Below, piece by piece: positions 1 to 13,895 of a stretch of 64,000 bases of DNA. Numbering within the stretch: position 1 is the first letter of the stretch; every line of letters begins with the position of its first letter. The notes under the pieces were generated by a model that saw nothing but the letters and a program-made list of their open reading frames with translations, had not been told where the DNA came from and did no database searches. Origin of the DNA: Camelus dromedarius (taxonomy: Eukaryota); assembly GCF_036321535.1 (NCBI RefSeq), contig NC_087437.1, forward strand, positions 78,494,001 to 78,558,000. The letters are read 5' to 3'. The position numbers and the translations under genes were made by a program.

Positions 1-1679
1 AGAACACAATCAAATCATCTCCTATATCTTTTAAAGTATGAGTATTTGAACTTTGTCCTCTCCTCCCACACCCTGCCAAAGGCTCTAGGTTTTAGATCTT
101 CTATGATTTTTCTGGATGAAAGCCCACATTACTGAGGCTGTCTGCAGTTTAGCTTTCTCCCAGATGATGTTATGGTCCTGTCAGCTATGCTTGTCCATAT
201 CCCTGAGTTTCTTCATGAGGATCATGTTGAAAAGCCCAACTCCTAGTGTAACCAACTTGGGGAATATCTGGATCCCCACTGGGTAAATGAAATGCTTTAG
301 ACTGAAGAATGAATGATACTGGAAAAAAAGATTTTTGGACAAGCATACATTACATATCTTACATATACAGAAATATATGTATGTGAAAAAACATTTTTTT
401 TTGTAATGCATACATATTCTCTCCCTCCTCACTGCCTCTCTATTCTACATCTAACATATTCAAGGAATAAAAGTTCAGGATGAAAGGATTTGATTTAATG
501 TGCCTGATGGGAGGATGATACATTAACTTTATTCCCCTCTCCCCAGTAGGGAAAAAAGGATAAACCATTATTATGTAGAAAGTAGCTAAGAAAGCAGCTA
601 GAGGCATTATGGCAGAGATTTTCCATCTTCTAAAATTAAATCCCTTTTCTTTCTTTTTTTTTTCTCTCCAGGCCTGTGCCAGATGACTCCTTAGGTCCCA
701 TGAGTAAATTTTATACATCATCCTGTATAGTAGCCTCAAGATGAACAGAGACAGTCATTAGAAATCTTTAGCCCAAGGGGGTTTTGTTATTTACTTTTTA
801 AGAAAAATTTGGGAGATATTTTTATCTAAGAACTGCTAATAGAATTTGACCCATGACTCTTATCAGGAACCTTCAAGGCATTTACTCCATAATAAAGACA
901 AAGCAACTTCTTTGTCTTCAAAGACCCCCACTCCCAGCCACCAACATCACCTCGTGTACATTCCTTGATCCCACCCTGGCACACACCTCTTTCATCAATG
1001 GCATTTGTGTTGATTGCCTTTCAAAGCTCTAGGCTGCTTTGGGCTCCATGTGGAAGATATGTATTGACTGGTGACAAGAATGAATGCTAGGTTTGGGTTT
1101 GCTCCTGTCTTATGAATCAGTATAATTCCATTTATATTCATATATCCCTAGTTCTATGGCTATGGCGACATATATTCTAAGTGGATACATAGTGGATTCT
1201 CGGGGGGAAGAAAGAAAGAAAAAGTAAAAGAAGGAAGAACTCAGGAATTATCAGAGACAAGAAATCTTCCTCTTTCTCTGTTCTCTAGAAGAGTAACCAG
1301 GTATGTACTGATTTAGAGAGCCTTCAAAAAATATATTGTAGTGCTAATGGTCAAAGTTATCATAGATTTCCAATCAATATATGAAAGAAGAAACAGAATG
1401 ATTTAAACTTTCCCCTTATAGAAACACTGACATTTCTAGCTGAGTAGGCCAGCTGGCTGTTACACACTTGATCTGTATCCTCTCAGCATTTTCTTTGTGA
1501 CTTGTGAAGATTAAGTGACCTAACTCCACCTGCTGGATGACTAAGAATTACATTGCCTTGGCTTAGAAAAGCAGACTGGCATCATGAAGTGGACAGCAAC
1601 CTAAAAGCACAGAGTCTGACAAACTCTTAACTGTGCCCCTTTCTGGCCATGGGAACCACCTCTTAAGGAATGACTGAAG

Positions 1680-1770
1680 ACTCTGGACTGCAGCTTCATC
1701 AGTAAAAGAAAAGGGGGCTTGAGCTGATGATCCCTAATGACCCTGTATTCCTAATTCTCTATGATTCTGA
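1680..1770 (+). mobile_element. MIR3-like SINE 3' fragment
   Basis: CTTCATCAGTAAAAGAAAAGGGGGCTTGAGCTGATGATCCCTAATGACCC...CTATGATTCT resembles the MIR3 3' tail. Confidence 0.6.
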
Positions 1771-1904
1771 TTTAATTTGAATTAAGGAATCTAGACCGTA
1801 GGCTCTCTATTCACATTGGCTACAGGGCTACACAGGGTACTATATTCTGATTTGCTTCATTGCTAAGGAGAACACTCACAAACTGCCACCATTTTTGTTA
1901 TCAC

Positions 1905-2040
1905 TCATCCTGGTTCTGCCACTTACCAGATGAGTGTTACTTCAGGAAAAACCTTGATCCCTTTAATCCTCATTTCCCTTAAAGACAAGCATAGATGACA
2001 ATACCTCCCCTCAGGGTAGTTATACAGTTTAAATGGCATT
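1905..2040 (+). mobile_element. MIR SINE core fragment
   Basis: ATCCTGGTTCTGCCACTTACCAG...CCTCATTTTCC...ACAATACCTCCCCTCAGGGTAGTT matches the MIR core. Confidence 0.7.
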
Positions 2041-4049
2041 CTAGCAATACCAGGGCCTTTCTTTTTAGCAACTGTGGTATGTGGGGATCTAGCATGATGT
2101 AGGGATGACAGAGGCAGAATTGTATGACACTTTGTTTATATTAATTAATGCTGGTATTATGGAGCAAAACTGTGAGCAATTCAAACCTGAGTCAAAGGAT
2201 ATTTTAAATAAGAATAATAATGTCACAAGGGAAGAAAAAGCCATTTATCATGTCAGCATATTGCAATTCTTTCCCGGCGACAAACTCTTTCACACATGGC
2301 AACTCAAATCACAGAAAACCACACCCACACAAACACTCATGCACACCTATAAACACACATATGCACACAGAGTATGGCCTAGCCCTCAGTTCAGACCTTG
2401 AGGCCTTGACCTGTATCGTGTCTAGAACACTCAGTTTCTCATACGCCCGGTGTCCCACAAGTCAACACTGAGAAAGCTGAAGAAGCTACGTGTAACTTGA
2501 TATCTTGGTATCAAGGATGTTGTTTGTGTTCTCCCTCTCCAAGATGAGATGAAGACTAAAACCACATAGATTCTCCATGTTAAGTAAAGAAAATGTCAAA
2601 GGCTAATGATCAAAGAAAGAAAACTCATTTATACTGGTTGGTCCTATTTAAAGAGACCAAAGGGGAAAAATATTAACTGAGAATGGATTTGGCCTTAGGT
2701 GTCTAGTTCTTATGAATGGAATCCAGAAAGTCTTCTTTAATTCTGTTCAATTAGAATTAGGAACTCTTACACACATATTATTTCTTGTTCCTCCGATCTA
2801 TCTCATTTGTCTTAATAATTTGTCTTTTTGTGCCTACTTCTGACATTTCACTCTTCTGCTAATGTATTACTCAGTCTCTAATATTTTCACTCCCCTGTAG
2901 ATCCCATTTTCCAAGGATTATATAACCTGGGATCAATTACCCTTGGTGCTTACACATACAATATTTATTTTATCCACTTAAAAGAAATATAGTATTTCTC
3001 CCACTTTTACATATAAGAAAAGTGAGACTTTATAAAAAGCAAGAAAGCCATAAATGCTTCCATTGTGTGCTACTGTGTACACAAAAATAATCAGCCCCTC
3101 ATTTCATATAATTGGGGTAAAAGTCCCCATTTTTGAAAATTGAAATACAAACTTATAGGGCACTCTCAGTAAAGGAGAAAATCATTTGATAATTTAACAG
3201 GGTTCATTTTAGTCAAATTCAAAATAAATGTTTCATAAGTACTCGAGGACATTTCTTTTACTTTGCCTGTAACTTCAACTAAGTGAAGATAGTCTATTCT
3301 AAAGTTTGAGTAAGAAAGAATATGACAGTCATGATCTCAGGGATCAATTACAGATTACAAATTCACTGGATGAAAGTTACATCCATGTACACACACACAC
3401 ACACATATGTACATGCTATAACCAAATGCTATAATTGTGATTATTTGATTTTAAAAATGAATTAGAATTTGAAAAGTTAATAGTGATAATAGGAGTTAGA
3501 GCATGAAGCATGGGCTAATTTAAGATGATGAACATTAGAATCCAAAGGTAAATATCTCAACAATTTGGGTAAGGAGATCTGATAATATATTTAACCTGTC
3601 CTAACATCTGGAATAAGTTTTCAATATTTGCATCGGTGAAACCACTAATAGGTTCTGACACAGTTTTCCCAGCTTTATTTCTAAGTACTTATTGAAACAC
3701 AGTTAAAATAGTATCCATGTGTACCTTGTTCATCCTTGCTACTTTCTATAAAACATGGCTTTGTGTAACCACTGTGGATATGGTCTCATTATTGCTTTCA
3801 GAATTTGTTCTACTCTAACTCCGACTTGCATCCCTCATATAAAGTTAGAAACACGTTAGTCCTAGATTTCCATTTTAGGATTGATCTAAAATATCCCATA
3901 TCCCTCTTCAAATTATTTACTTTCTCTGTCAAAACAAACCAAGCTATGATGACATTTTCATATTTTATAAAATATATTTGGCAAAAATATTTTTTCTTTA
4001 ATCAAAAGTATGACAAACATTTTTAAGAGTTCAGGAAATATTTAAAAGT

Positions 4050-4560
4050 TTACTGTTAGTATGGTTACATTGTCTTCTAGACATTTCCTTTATATATAAA
4101 ATGTAATCTCTTTAATCACATAGAAAAAATTAATATTTTATAAAACTCTTTCATGGGATGCATTTTTCTCCCAATATGTTATCACAGACATCGCTCCATG
4201 GCAATTACTTTGCTTCAGTGCCATCACTTTGAAAGGCTGTATACTATTCCATTTATAAATATATCATGATTTTTAAACTTATCTCCTTTTCTTTGATATT
4301 TAGATTATTTCCATTATACTGTTAATATAAGCTGCCCTATAATGATTATCACTTGCACGTGTCTCTGTACATTTAATTGATTATTTTATGCATAAATTCC
4401 TGAAAGGGAGATTGATGTGTTGAACAATTTAAGCTTTTCTAATTTTCTAATTCATATTACTAAATTGTCATCCAGAATATTTGTAGCAGTTATTTTCCTG
4501 CCAGCAGAGCGTGCAAACGCCTATTTCCCTCACCCTCTTACCAATACTATTAAGCTCATG
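4050..4560 (-). mobile_element. ancient L1 (L1ME-like) 3' fragment
   Basis: GGCTGTATACTATTCCATT...TAGATTATTTCC...TAAATTCCTGAAAGGGAGATTG...CCTATTTCCCTCACCCTCTTACCAATACT is degenerate antisense L1 3' sequence. Confidence 0.7.
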
Positions 4561-6019
4561 ACTATGGTACATTATAATTCTGTTGATTTTATATATATAT
4601 ACACACACACACATATATGCTATCTAATAGAGGGCTTAAGGACTAAAGTATAAATGTTCATTTAGACTGTCTAGAACACTGTGACAGAGTTATAAGCAGA
4701 AACAGGGATTAATTCTATACTATAAAGACATAAAACCTTTTTCCCTCACACATTCACTTTGTGTTTCAATACTTGTGTAGAAGCCCATGCTAACAAAAAC
4801 AGAATAGCAATTGTAGACTTATTCTCATAATTGACAAGTAGATTTCATTCATTTATAGCATCAAACTTGCTTGGGAAGTTAGAATCATTCCCCAAGTTTA
4901 AGGTACCACAACAGAATTTGACTATAGTGAGAAGGGGGTTTTATTTGTCTACCCTTGCTAGGTATCTGGTGATAATTCAGAATTCAGAATGCAGTTTAAG
5001 CGGAATGTTAAATGGTTCAAGTGTGTGTGTGTGTGAGATACAGAAGGAAGAGTGAGACTCATTCACTCAGGTATTTTTCTTTGTATTCTTGATAAACACT
5101 TTCTAACACATCAATTCTCTCAATCTCTTTCCAACTTAATCTTCCTCCCCTTTTCTTTATTATCACTGTTCTCACATTGCCCTTTTTGTACCCAACCCTG
5201 AATTTCCTCCTGTTTGCCTTGCACTGGCCTTTCCTTTTCATGTATTGTGCAGCTTGCCTTTTTTTTTTTTTTTTTTTGGACACATTATCTGTATCACATG
5301 TCTTTGGAGCATCTGTTGTCTGTTTCTTTCCTTTGTTTGGGCTACTTTTCCCTGTTAAAATTCTTCCTTTTATGGTGACTAGCTTAATTTTAATGCAAAT
5401 TCCAATGTAACATATTGTCTTTCATTGCTCTCCCATTTCCAGTTGTTTTTGGACACAATCCAGTCACTTGATGTGGCCAGCATTTACCTTTTGTGCCATA
5501 TTTTCTCCCTTTTGATTGCTTTTTTCCTTTCTCACTGTTAATTCCCTCCTCCTCTTTGATAGTGTTTCCTTTTATGGCACTCATTTGTGGTTGATGAAAT
5601 TTGTGTGTGTTTTTTTACTCTTACCACTCTTTCAGTTTCATTGGTAGTCTTTTTACTTTGCTTTCATAGCCATTTCCATGGCCATTTCCTTCAGGTCTTC
5701 TGTTCTCAGTCTTGGTCTATTGTTTCCTGGGATATTCTCTCATCATTTATGATACATACATATGGCGTAGCTTTCAAGAAAAATACCATTTTGGTGACAA
5801 AAAGTTATGTTTCCCTTTGTCAACATACTAATTAGAGCAGAAGCACGTGCAGCTAAGGATCTGATATCCATGGGAAGAGTTGGAAATTCCTTGGAATATT
5901 GATAATGCCACAGTGAAAGTTCAAAAATACAAAATCCTCATAGCATAGTGCAGAAAGATAAGATTAAGATAAAGATGAATTTGAAACCTAGTCAAATAAT
6001 GACTCCAGCATTATTAAGT

Positions 6020-7020
6020 CAGGCCTCAGAGTGATTTTAAGTGTCATCTAGCTCATTTTATCATTCCATATCTGAAATCTCTACAATAGCCCAAACAAAT
6101 AATTATTTAAACATGAATAACTGAATACAGATTAGCCAATTAGATTTTATTCTTTTCCTCGAGTAAAAATTTGTCTCAATGCAGATTTACATTTTGGCTC
6201 TAGTTCTACTCAGTAACATCATAAATTAAAAAAAAAAAAAGAAATTAGTTCTTTTGTATCACAGTGATTCAAACATTTGAGAACAGGTGTTTTATCTTTT
6301 GTTCTCCAATTTGAAAATTCTTAATCCTAACTAGATATTCTGAGTTTCTCTAATTGACTCTTCCTCAGGTAGACTTTTTGGTATAATTTTACAATCTTTG
6401 TCAAATCCTTTACAGTATATTTCTGGTTGCCTAGGTAGGTATTTTATATGTTTCTACTAAAACTGAACACATCAATCTGTAAGGTGTTTGAGCAAATAAG
6501 AGAAGAATGTCCATCTCTTCCATCAATCAAGAGATCACAGTATTATAATGTTATGTAATATATTATTACATTAGCCTTTTTTGAAATTGAAGCTTATATT
6601 GAATTCCTTTACTTTTATATACTGTGTACTATTCTACAGTACTTTTTAGAAATGAGTATGTATTGCACTTAATCTTGCAAATTTTGGCTCACAATTATTA
6701 GTTACCAAAATACTTTAAAAAACTGATTTTATCATATTATATATTCAGTCATTCTTTTATTGATTGATGCCAGACTCCATTTATGTTCTTGATAGTGAAC
6801 AGAACATATTCAAGGGCAGAACTCTGTAAAATTTTATTACAGACCGACAGTCATTCCCTTCCCGGTATTCTTTGAACACCACCATTCAATCAGTTTGCAA
6901 AACACCTAACTGAAGTATCATCTAACCCTACTTGAGCTTTAATCTCATGAAAGCATCTTGTCAAATGCAAGTATGTCTAATGCATTTCCCTTATCAACAA
7001 GTCTAGTAATTCTTTCAAAT
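6020..7020 (-). mobile_element. L3/CR1 LINE fragment
   Basis: AAGGGCAGAACTCTG...CCATTCAATCAGTTTGCAAAACACCTAACTG...TTGTCAAATGC...ATGTCTAATGCATTTCCCTTATCAACAAGTCTAGTAATTCTTTCAAA resembles antisense CR1 RT region; 3'-end-like sequence near 6020-6080. Confidence 0.7.
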
Positions 7021-8209
7021 TACATTTTATAGGCTTTCTGAACAGGGTAGACAAATCAGGCACATAGAATCTGAACATTCCCATTCAGGTTTGATGTAGG
7101 TGAATTTTGTATTTCTTAGCAGTTCATATGGTAACACTATGCCCCTGTTTCCTAGGTTATAAAAGCAAACACATGGTTAAGCCTCCTTGATTAGTTGTTC
7201 TTCAAGTTCTATGAGAAAGGTGTAATATTTTTGATTTTTTTCTTTCCCTCCTTCCTGAGCCAAAACTCACAAGTCCAATAAAAATTTATTTGTCATCCTG
7301 TTATAAATATGTATTTCTGAAATCATAGCAATAAATTTTCCATAAAGATATAGCAATCATAACATCTAATGAGATTATTCAATATTCTAATTTTTAAGAA
7401 TGGAAACTTAAGACTATAAACAGGTTTGCAAGTGCATTTTAAACTATACAAAAAATTGACTACATTTTCTAATCTCAGGTCCATCAAAATGCCTCTTTCA
7501 TCATCTAGGCATGTGGGCTATTTTATTTGGCTTGATAAATTTTTACCTATTTGTATTGATTATTTGCAGAAATACATAAACAAAAATAGGTAAAGGACTT
7601 AAGAAATCAGTATATTGAAGTCTGAATAGGTGCAGAATCACAAAATTGACATAGTAAAGCTGAAAGCAGAACTCCATTGAAGAATATCTTGTCTTTTTAT
7701 TCAGTATTTTCTGGATTATTACCTGGTGTCAATTTAGCAGAGTTTGATGTTGTTTGTTGTTTTTAAATCTTGATTTCAAAATACTTAGGAAAGAATTGCA
7801 AATGATAGGATAGCAAACTTCACCTATATCTAGAGAAAATCACACTAAAATAAGATAGTGTTCTTAACTGTAAGTGATGCAATTTTTATTGTTGTGTTTA
7901 TCTAATTCACTGTGTATAAAGGACAAACTAAAGAAAATGACTAGAAACTCAAAAAAGCAATTTAAATCTTGTCAAAGAACAACTTCTTGAAAGTCTTACA
8001 GATGAACCTGCTCACTGAAACTGCTGTTGATAATTGCAGCTCATTATTCATTGAATATTCAGTTTCACTTGGGCCTTACATTGAATTCATGCTTCGTTTA
8101 TTCAAGAATGCAGACATGTGTGGGTTTGTCTGGCAGAACGCTATATAGCAAGTCATTCAGTGGTTCTGTTTACATGGGCGCTCCAGGAGCTTCCAGGGAA
8201 AGCGCTTAC

Positions 8210-8320
8210 CCTGGGAGAAGAGCCTGCCACATGCTTTTGGTTCACAGAAGTTAGAAGAAGGGTCAGGTGATGTACAATGTGCTCGATGTCGTTCTCTAGG
8301 TTGTGCTGTTTGATTAATGA
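8210..8320 (-). other. candidate 111-nt internal exon (gene unidentified)
   Basis: Minus strand acceptor TTTTTGTTTTATGATTCAG and donor AGG|GTAAGC; non-repeat sequence with retained CpGs; two stop-free frames. Confidence 0.55.
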
Positions 8321-8468
8321 CTGAATCATAAAACAAAAAGGCTGTGACAACATGGTAAAGACTAAAAGAGCGTAGATGTTGAGAGGGTAAAGCATCAGTC
8401 GTCTTCAGGTAGGATGTTCTTCAGCAATAAGAGAGAGTACCTTTAGCTATGAAAGAAAGGGGCATGTC

Positions 8469-8652
8469 TAGAATTGCTAGAATTAGCAAATAAAAATATG
8501 AGTGTCCTGCTAAATTTGAATTTCAGATAAGCAGCATTTGTTTCTTAGTAGAAGTTAAGTCTCATATTTGGAACATATTTATACTAATAAAATTGTTGTT
8601 CATCTGAAATTCAAATTGAGCTGGGCATTCTGAATTTTATCCGGCAACCGTA
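8469..8652 (+). mobile_element. MER53 hAT-family palindromic MITE
   Basis: TAGAATTGCTAGAATTAGCAAATAAAAAT...AAATTTGAATTTCAGAT / ATCTGAAATTCAAATT...TTTTATCCGGCAACCGTA; flanked by GGCATGTC (8461-8468) and GGCATGTG (8653-8660), an 8-bp TSD with 7/8 match. Confidence 0.9.
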
Positions 8653-8899
8653 GGCATGTGATCAACATTGGCAGTGGCAGTGGAAGGGGTCAGAGCTTTT
8701 CATTCAGATGTATTTGCCCTTGACATTAGAAAGGTTTGCGCAGAATTCAGAAGCAGAATTTCCTCTGATAGGTAGCAATGTCATTGGCACCATCAACGAT
8801 TTCCTCATATTGGCCTTGAATTTCCAGCCATCAAGTTTTTACAATGCTCTTTGGCTTACTATAAAATCTTTTCTCTTCTTATGTGCATAATTCTAAATA

Positions 8900-9800
8900 A
8901 TTTTTATTATGCAATAATTGAACCAGAAAAAGAAATATGTAAGGAAGAATAATAAAATAAAAATAAAATATAATAATAAAACACATTCCTTAGCCTATCA
9001 CCCAACATTGGATAGTACCCACAGAGTGTAATATTATTCCTGTATCCCATTACTTCCTTCCTTAGCATAAATAACTATTCTGAAATTTGAGTTTAACAGT
9101 TTCTTGATTTTTTAAAGTAGTTTTTCACATGTGTAGGTGTAATTAAAAAATATACTATTTAATTTTGTTTATGCCTAAGATTGTACTGCATCTTGCTTTA
9201 TTTTCTAAAGTCTATGCATGTTGTGACTTGTGCCTTTAATTTATGTATGCTTGTTGATATATAATATTCTATGAGTTAAATCACAACAAATGATTTCACC
9301 TTAACCTGTTGATAAATATTTTTTAAAATTTCCCCTGTTTATAATTGTTATTATAAAATAATGCTGCCTTGACATTCATTTCTATGTTTCCAGATGTACG
9401 TGTGAGACTTCATCCTTACACTGTATTAGGTGAGGAATTTCTGACTTAAGAGAATATGGGCATAATCAGTCTTACTAGATGATGCCAAATTGTTTTTCAA
9501 AGTGATTATACCAATTAAAATCCCACTAGCTGTGTCTAAACCTCTCTCCTTCTCCACATCCACACCAACACTTAATATTTGCAGACTTCTTAATTTTTGC
9601 CAATCTGATGGGTATAAAATTATATCTCATTACATGTTAATTTACATGTCTCTGCATGCTAATGAAATTGAACAACTTTTCCTATCACATTTTTCTTCTG
9701 TGAAAGGCTTTTTTGTTTTCTTTGGAGTTACTCATATTCTATGCATTAATTTAAGAATTGTTATAAATTTTTACAAATAATTCTTTCATACTTATGTTTG
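8900..9800 (-). mobile_element. ancient L1 (L1ME-like) 3' fragment
   Basis: TGCCAAATTGTTTTTCAAAGTGATTATACCAATT...CCAACACTTAATATTTGCAGACTTCTTAATTTTTGCCAATCTGATGGGT is antisense L1 ORF2 end/3'UTR. Confidence 0.8.
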
Positions 9801-10554
9801 TTGCTAAGATCTTCAAACTTCATAACAAGTCTTGAGAGCTGTAGAGCATGTCTTGTTCTTTCTTTATCCTTGACTTCCATTTATCACTTTGAATGTATTT
9901 CTTTATACTTTCTCTCACATCTTATTTTGGACACTTAGGCCATTTAGATTTTGGTATCCTCTATTTCTGTAATAGTAGTTTCCTCTGATTGTCACTTTTG
10001 GTATTTACCTGCTTTGCATCTATGGCTTCATATCCTTCATTGGCTTTGGTATGTTTTTAACTAGCTTGAATGGTATCTTTTCTCCATTGTCTCTGTCATC
10101 TTCTTACAAGGTTCTTATTATACATATGTTATGCTTTTTCTTATCCTAAAACATACATGTACACACACACAAACACACATTTTATTTATTGATATTCTTA
10201 TCCTTCTCTGCTGCAGTTTGAATAACTTTTTATTTTTAGATGGAACATATAATTCCTTAATAATAGAACACAAATTTGCTTAATCTTCTGTTTAAGGCAT
10301 GGGGTTTGCAATTTCATTAATTATATACTTCTTGACAATTCTATTTGTTTATATTTTAAAAGTTTGACTGGTTTTTGTTTTCACATCTCAGCATAAGTGT
10401 TGGTAATTGGCTCTAAGAAAACACTACGGTTTTCTGGCATCATCTAAATGTAAATTCTTTCTAACTTTCTTGCAAGCCCAATTATATCCTAAATGCAATT
10501 ATTTTGATACCATATCTATGATGTTTTTGCACTTCAAAGGGGACCCATTAAAAA

Positions 10555-10830
10555 TATTCACCTTTTTCATATCTGGAATAGAAATCTGTGATTACTTATT
10601 CTTCTTATTTTAGGTTAAATCTCTCTTTTTGAGAGGCCTCTCCTGCCTCCCAGATTAGGTTAATCCTCTTTGTGTACTGTTCTTGCATTTTCCTAATGCT
10701 TCTCACAAAATTATTTAAGATTGCTTTTTTTGATAAACCTTAAACTCATTGCAGCCATTAGCCATATACCTTTATTCTAGCTCATAGGTTATGATATGTA
10801 GGAAAATTACTTAAGTTAGCTTCTTGAGTT
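10555..10830 (+). mobile_element. L2 3' fragment
   Basis: CTCTTTTTGAGAGGCCTCTCCTGCCTCCCAGATTAGGTTAATCCTCT resembles degenerate L2 3' region. Confidence 0.5.
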
Positions 10831-13699
10831 GAGTTTGCATAAATTTAATTCAATGGGTTTTGGCAGCTATGTTTTTTCTCTAGTAGTAACAGTAGCAAAA
10901 GGGGATATCATCACATGACACCAAAATCAAGGAAGTAGCATATGTCCAATGCCATAGTTTAGCAGAAAGGTGACATCATGAGAGCTCCCTGACATTTCAG
11001 GAGAATTTGAAGGAGACTGGAGTTCCTGAAGAAAGACAAACAGAGCTAGAGAAGTAATGACTTCATGTTCTGTGTTATCTTTAGGTTTCTATGCCCTGGA
11101 AAACAGGTAATTTAATCACAGCCATTTGGAAGGGGATTCTTTCACTAAACTAGTAAATTGAGTGTTCTTATCACAGCATACTATTGCCTCACATTTAACA
11201 ATTTTCATGGAATCTGTCAGTGACCTTATTGGTATTTCCATTTTCTATTGAAAATAAGCAAAAGCATAGCATAAAAGAATGACCATAATTTTATCAACCA
11301 GCTTCAAAACATACTGGGTTTTAATAGGCAGTATATGGTTTATAGAAACAGTCTTTGCAAGTTATTACATAGTAGATTTTAGATTTTTTGATAGAATTAG
11401 AATATACCTGATGAAAGGCAGGAAAAGACAGAGGGACCCTCTCAAAGAGCTGAATTTTTACTTCAGCTACTCTCTCATCTCATCTTTATGATGTAGGGTT
11501 TTTTTTTTTTCATATTTTCTTTGCTTTGTTGTAAATCACAAGTCTCTTCTCATGTTTTATCATATTTTCTCAGTTTTTTTATAATGTGAATTCCATGAAT
11601 TTCATTTTTTATTCTCTTTGGTATAATCATTTCCCCTTTTAACTATTTGTTGAATTTGAGGTTCTATGTCTTTTATGGGCCTTATGATTATGGAAGATTA
11701 TACATGGTTTCCTTAGCCAAAGATGATGCATTTCTCAGCTTAGAATATCTACTCCTGCATAGACAGGAGTGGAAGAATAAGTTTGTGAGAATGGCACAGA
11801 AACTACACTCTTGGCCACTACATTAGGGCTTAGCAATGCCCTGGTAAGCCACAGCTTGAGCAGATCATGCTGTCCCTTTCTCCTGCATTTGTCTGCAAAT
11901 AGTGTCTCTCCCTTGAACTAGGAATAAGGAAGAATTATCACAGCATGAGAGAAATTATGCGGAAGCCCTGGCAATGCTAACATTAAAGCAGAGATCTTCT
12001 TCTTTGTGGGGGAAATGATCTGGAAATACTTCCCTCTTATTAAGTGGGGCCAAAAGTTAGCCAAAATAAGAGATACTCTGTGGGGATACTGATGACATTG
12101 GTGGTCACATCTTCAATAAGTGGTGGTTATCTTTTTCCATAGACTATATCCTATAAAAGCCTGAAGTATTATATAAAGACTTACTAAGGGGATATGAGGT
12201 AAGATTAATGAGGCATACCAGTAGTTCCTTAATAAACATGGCTTCCCTTTTCAAGGTATATTAATAATATCTACTAAGTCTAGAATAACTCATTTCAAGT
12301 ATGTCAGTTCATCTACATTTCTAACACCTTGCACACACAAAAATATCATTTAATACTGGAGGTAAATTTTAAAATATCTCTACATTTAGAATGAGACTGT
12401 CACTTGACTGGTCAGTAGGTTTGCCATTTATTTTATTTTTCTCATTGCATATAGTAGAATTGTGACTATGAATAACTTTTCAATAATATAAATATAAAAA
12501 TATGTATTATCTAAATTTAGATGGAAAAAAAACTTCACTACCTATAAATAATCTTAATTTATATTTTTTGGAACTCAAATCATTGTTCAGTTTTAAAATA
12601 CCTTTACACATAATGGATATAAATGTGTAAGCATAGTATATATACATTGAAAAAGCTGTGGCATCTTTTACTGCTTCTGTAATTAATATTGCAAAATACA
12701 TTTTTAAAAGCTACTATCCTGATGTAGAAATTAGGTAAAAGGTATATGAGTTGAAATTAATTTAACTGTGTAAGATAATTAGGATTTATTTTTTCATGGC
12801 TCTGGGATCTGCATTACAAATCAAGACCTGTATGAAAACTAAATATTTACCCAATCAAAATAAAAATATCATACTGCCCACTTCACTTAACATTTGGATG
12901 AATGACTTTGTAAATTTTAGAGGTATTATCACCAGGATCAAGCTGGGCTCTTACAGAACAGGAGCATGCAGGTTCTTGGTGTGCTCTAAGTAAGCTTTTC
13001 TTATTACTCTTGGAAAATTTGACATTTTAAATAGTGTTTTTAGAAGTTTATAAAGCCAAATCATTTCTCCATCAGTGGTTGTCTGTGTCATTCTAGAAAT
13101 AGAACCAGGCAAACTCAAAGCGTTATTTTCTTTTTCATTTAAAAATGTCTAACATAATTAGTTGGGACACATTTCCTGTTTGTGGACATGATAAGAAGCA
13201 GTGTAAGACATCTGGCAATTCACTAGTTTCACTTAAAAAAGGCCAGATTAAGGCAAATGGTAATTTCTAGATTTAAAGTAAAAAAAAAAATCCTCCTTTC
13301 TCAGTGTTTTCTGTACTTCAAATGTACAAAAGTATACTTATTAACTGTAACTGTTAATGATGAAGGAGATATTTATTGAACACTCTATGAACATAAACTA
13401 AAAGGATACATAAACTAAAAAGATTTCACTGATTTTCATGCAGTTAATTTTAAGTCAGTTCTGAAATTGGTGAAACCAAAAACAGAAAGCAAAAAGACCT
13501 AAGGGCTAGAAGAGTCATCATTAGACTAAAATTAGAAAACATCTAATTAGAGGTTTAATCAGCACCACATCTTACAAATCATTAACTATATTTTAAACAT
13601 CTGCATATCCAATGACAGGTGAGTCTTCCATAATCATTATCTGGATAATTCAGATTCTGCAACAGATCATTGCACACTCTGATACTACGATTACTTTGT

Positions 13700-13895
13700 A
13701 TATATCTAGTGCTTTCTGTTATACGATATATTTCACATAACTATCATTTTTGTGCCTTTTTTCAAACCTGTGGTGGAGGCAGGAACTTTGAAAAGAACAG
13801 ATGAGGAGAATAGGGTCAAAGAAACCAAATAATTTTCCTAAGTCATTAATAATTAAGAATCCAGCTACTCTGAATCTATAGATTTCTCATTGCCA
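13700..13895 (-). mobile_element. MIR fragment
   Basis: ACAGATGAGGAGAATAGGGTCAAAGA...AATTTTCCTAAGTC matches antisense MIR core. Confidence 0.5.

Noticed and set aside
1262..1306. Plus-strand 12-nt microexon (TTCTCTAG|AAGAGTAACCAG|GTATGT)
   Set aside because: Good signals but no coherent plus-strand exon chain; cannot be separated from chance without expression data. It also shows the false-positive risk for the minus-strand candidates
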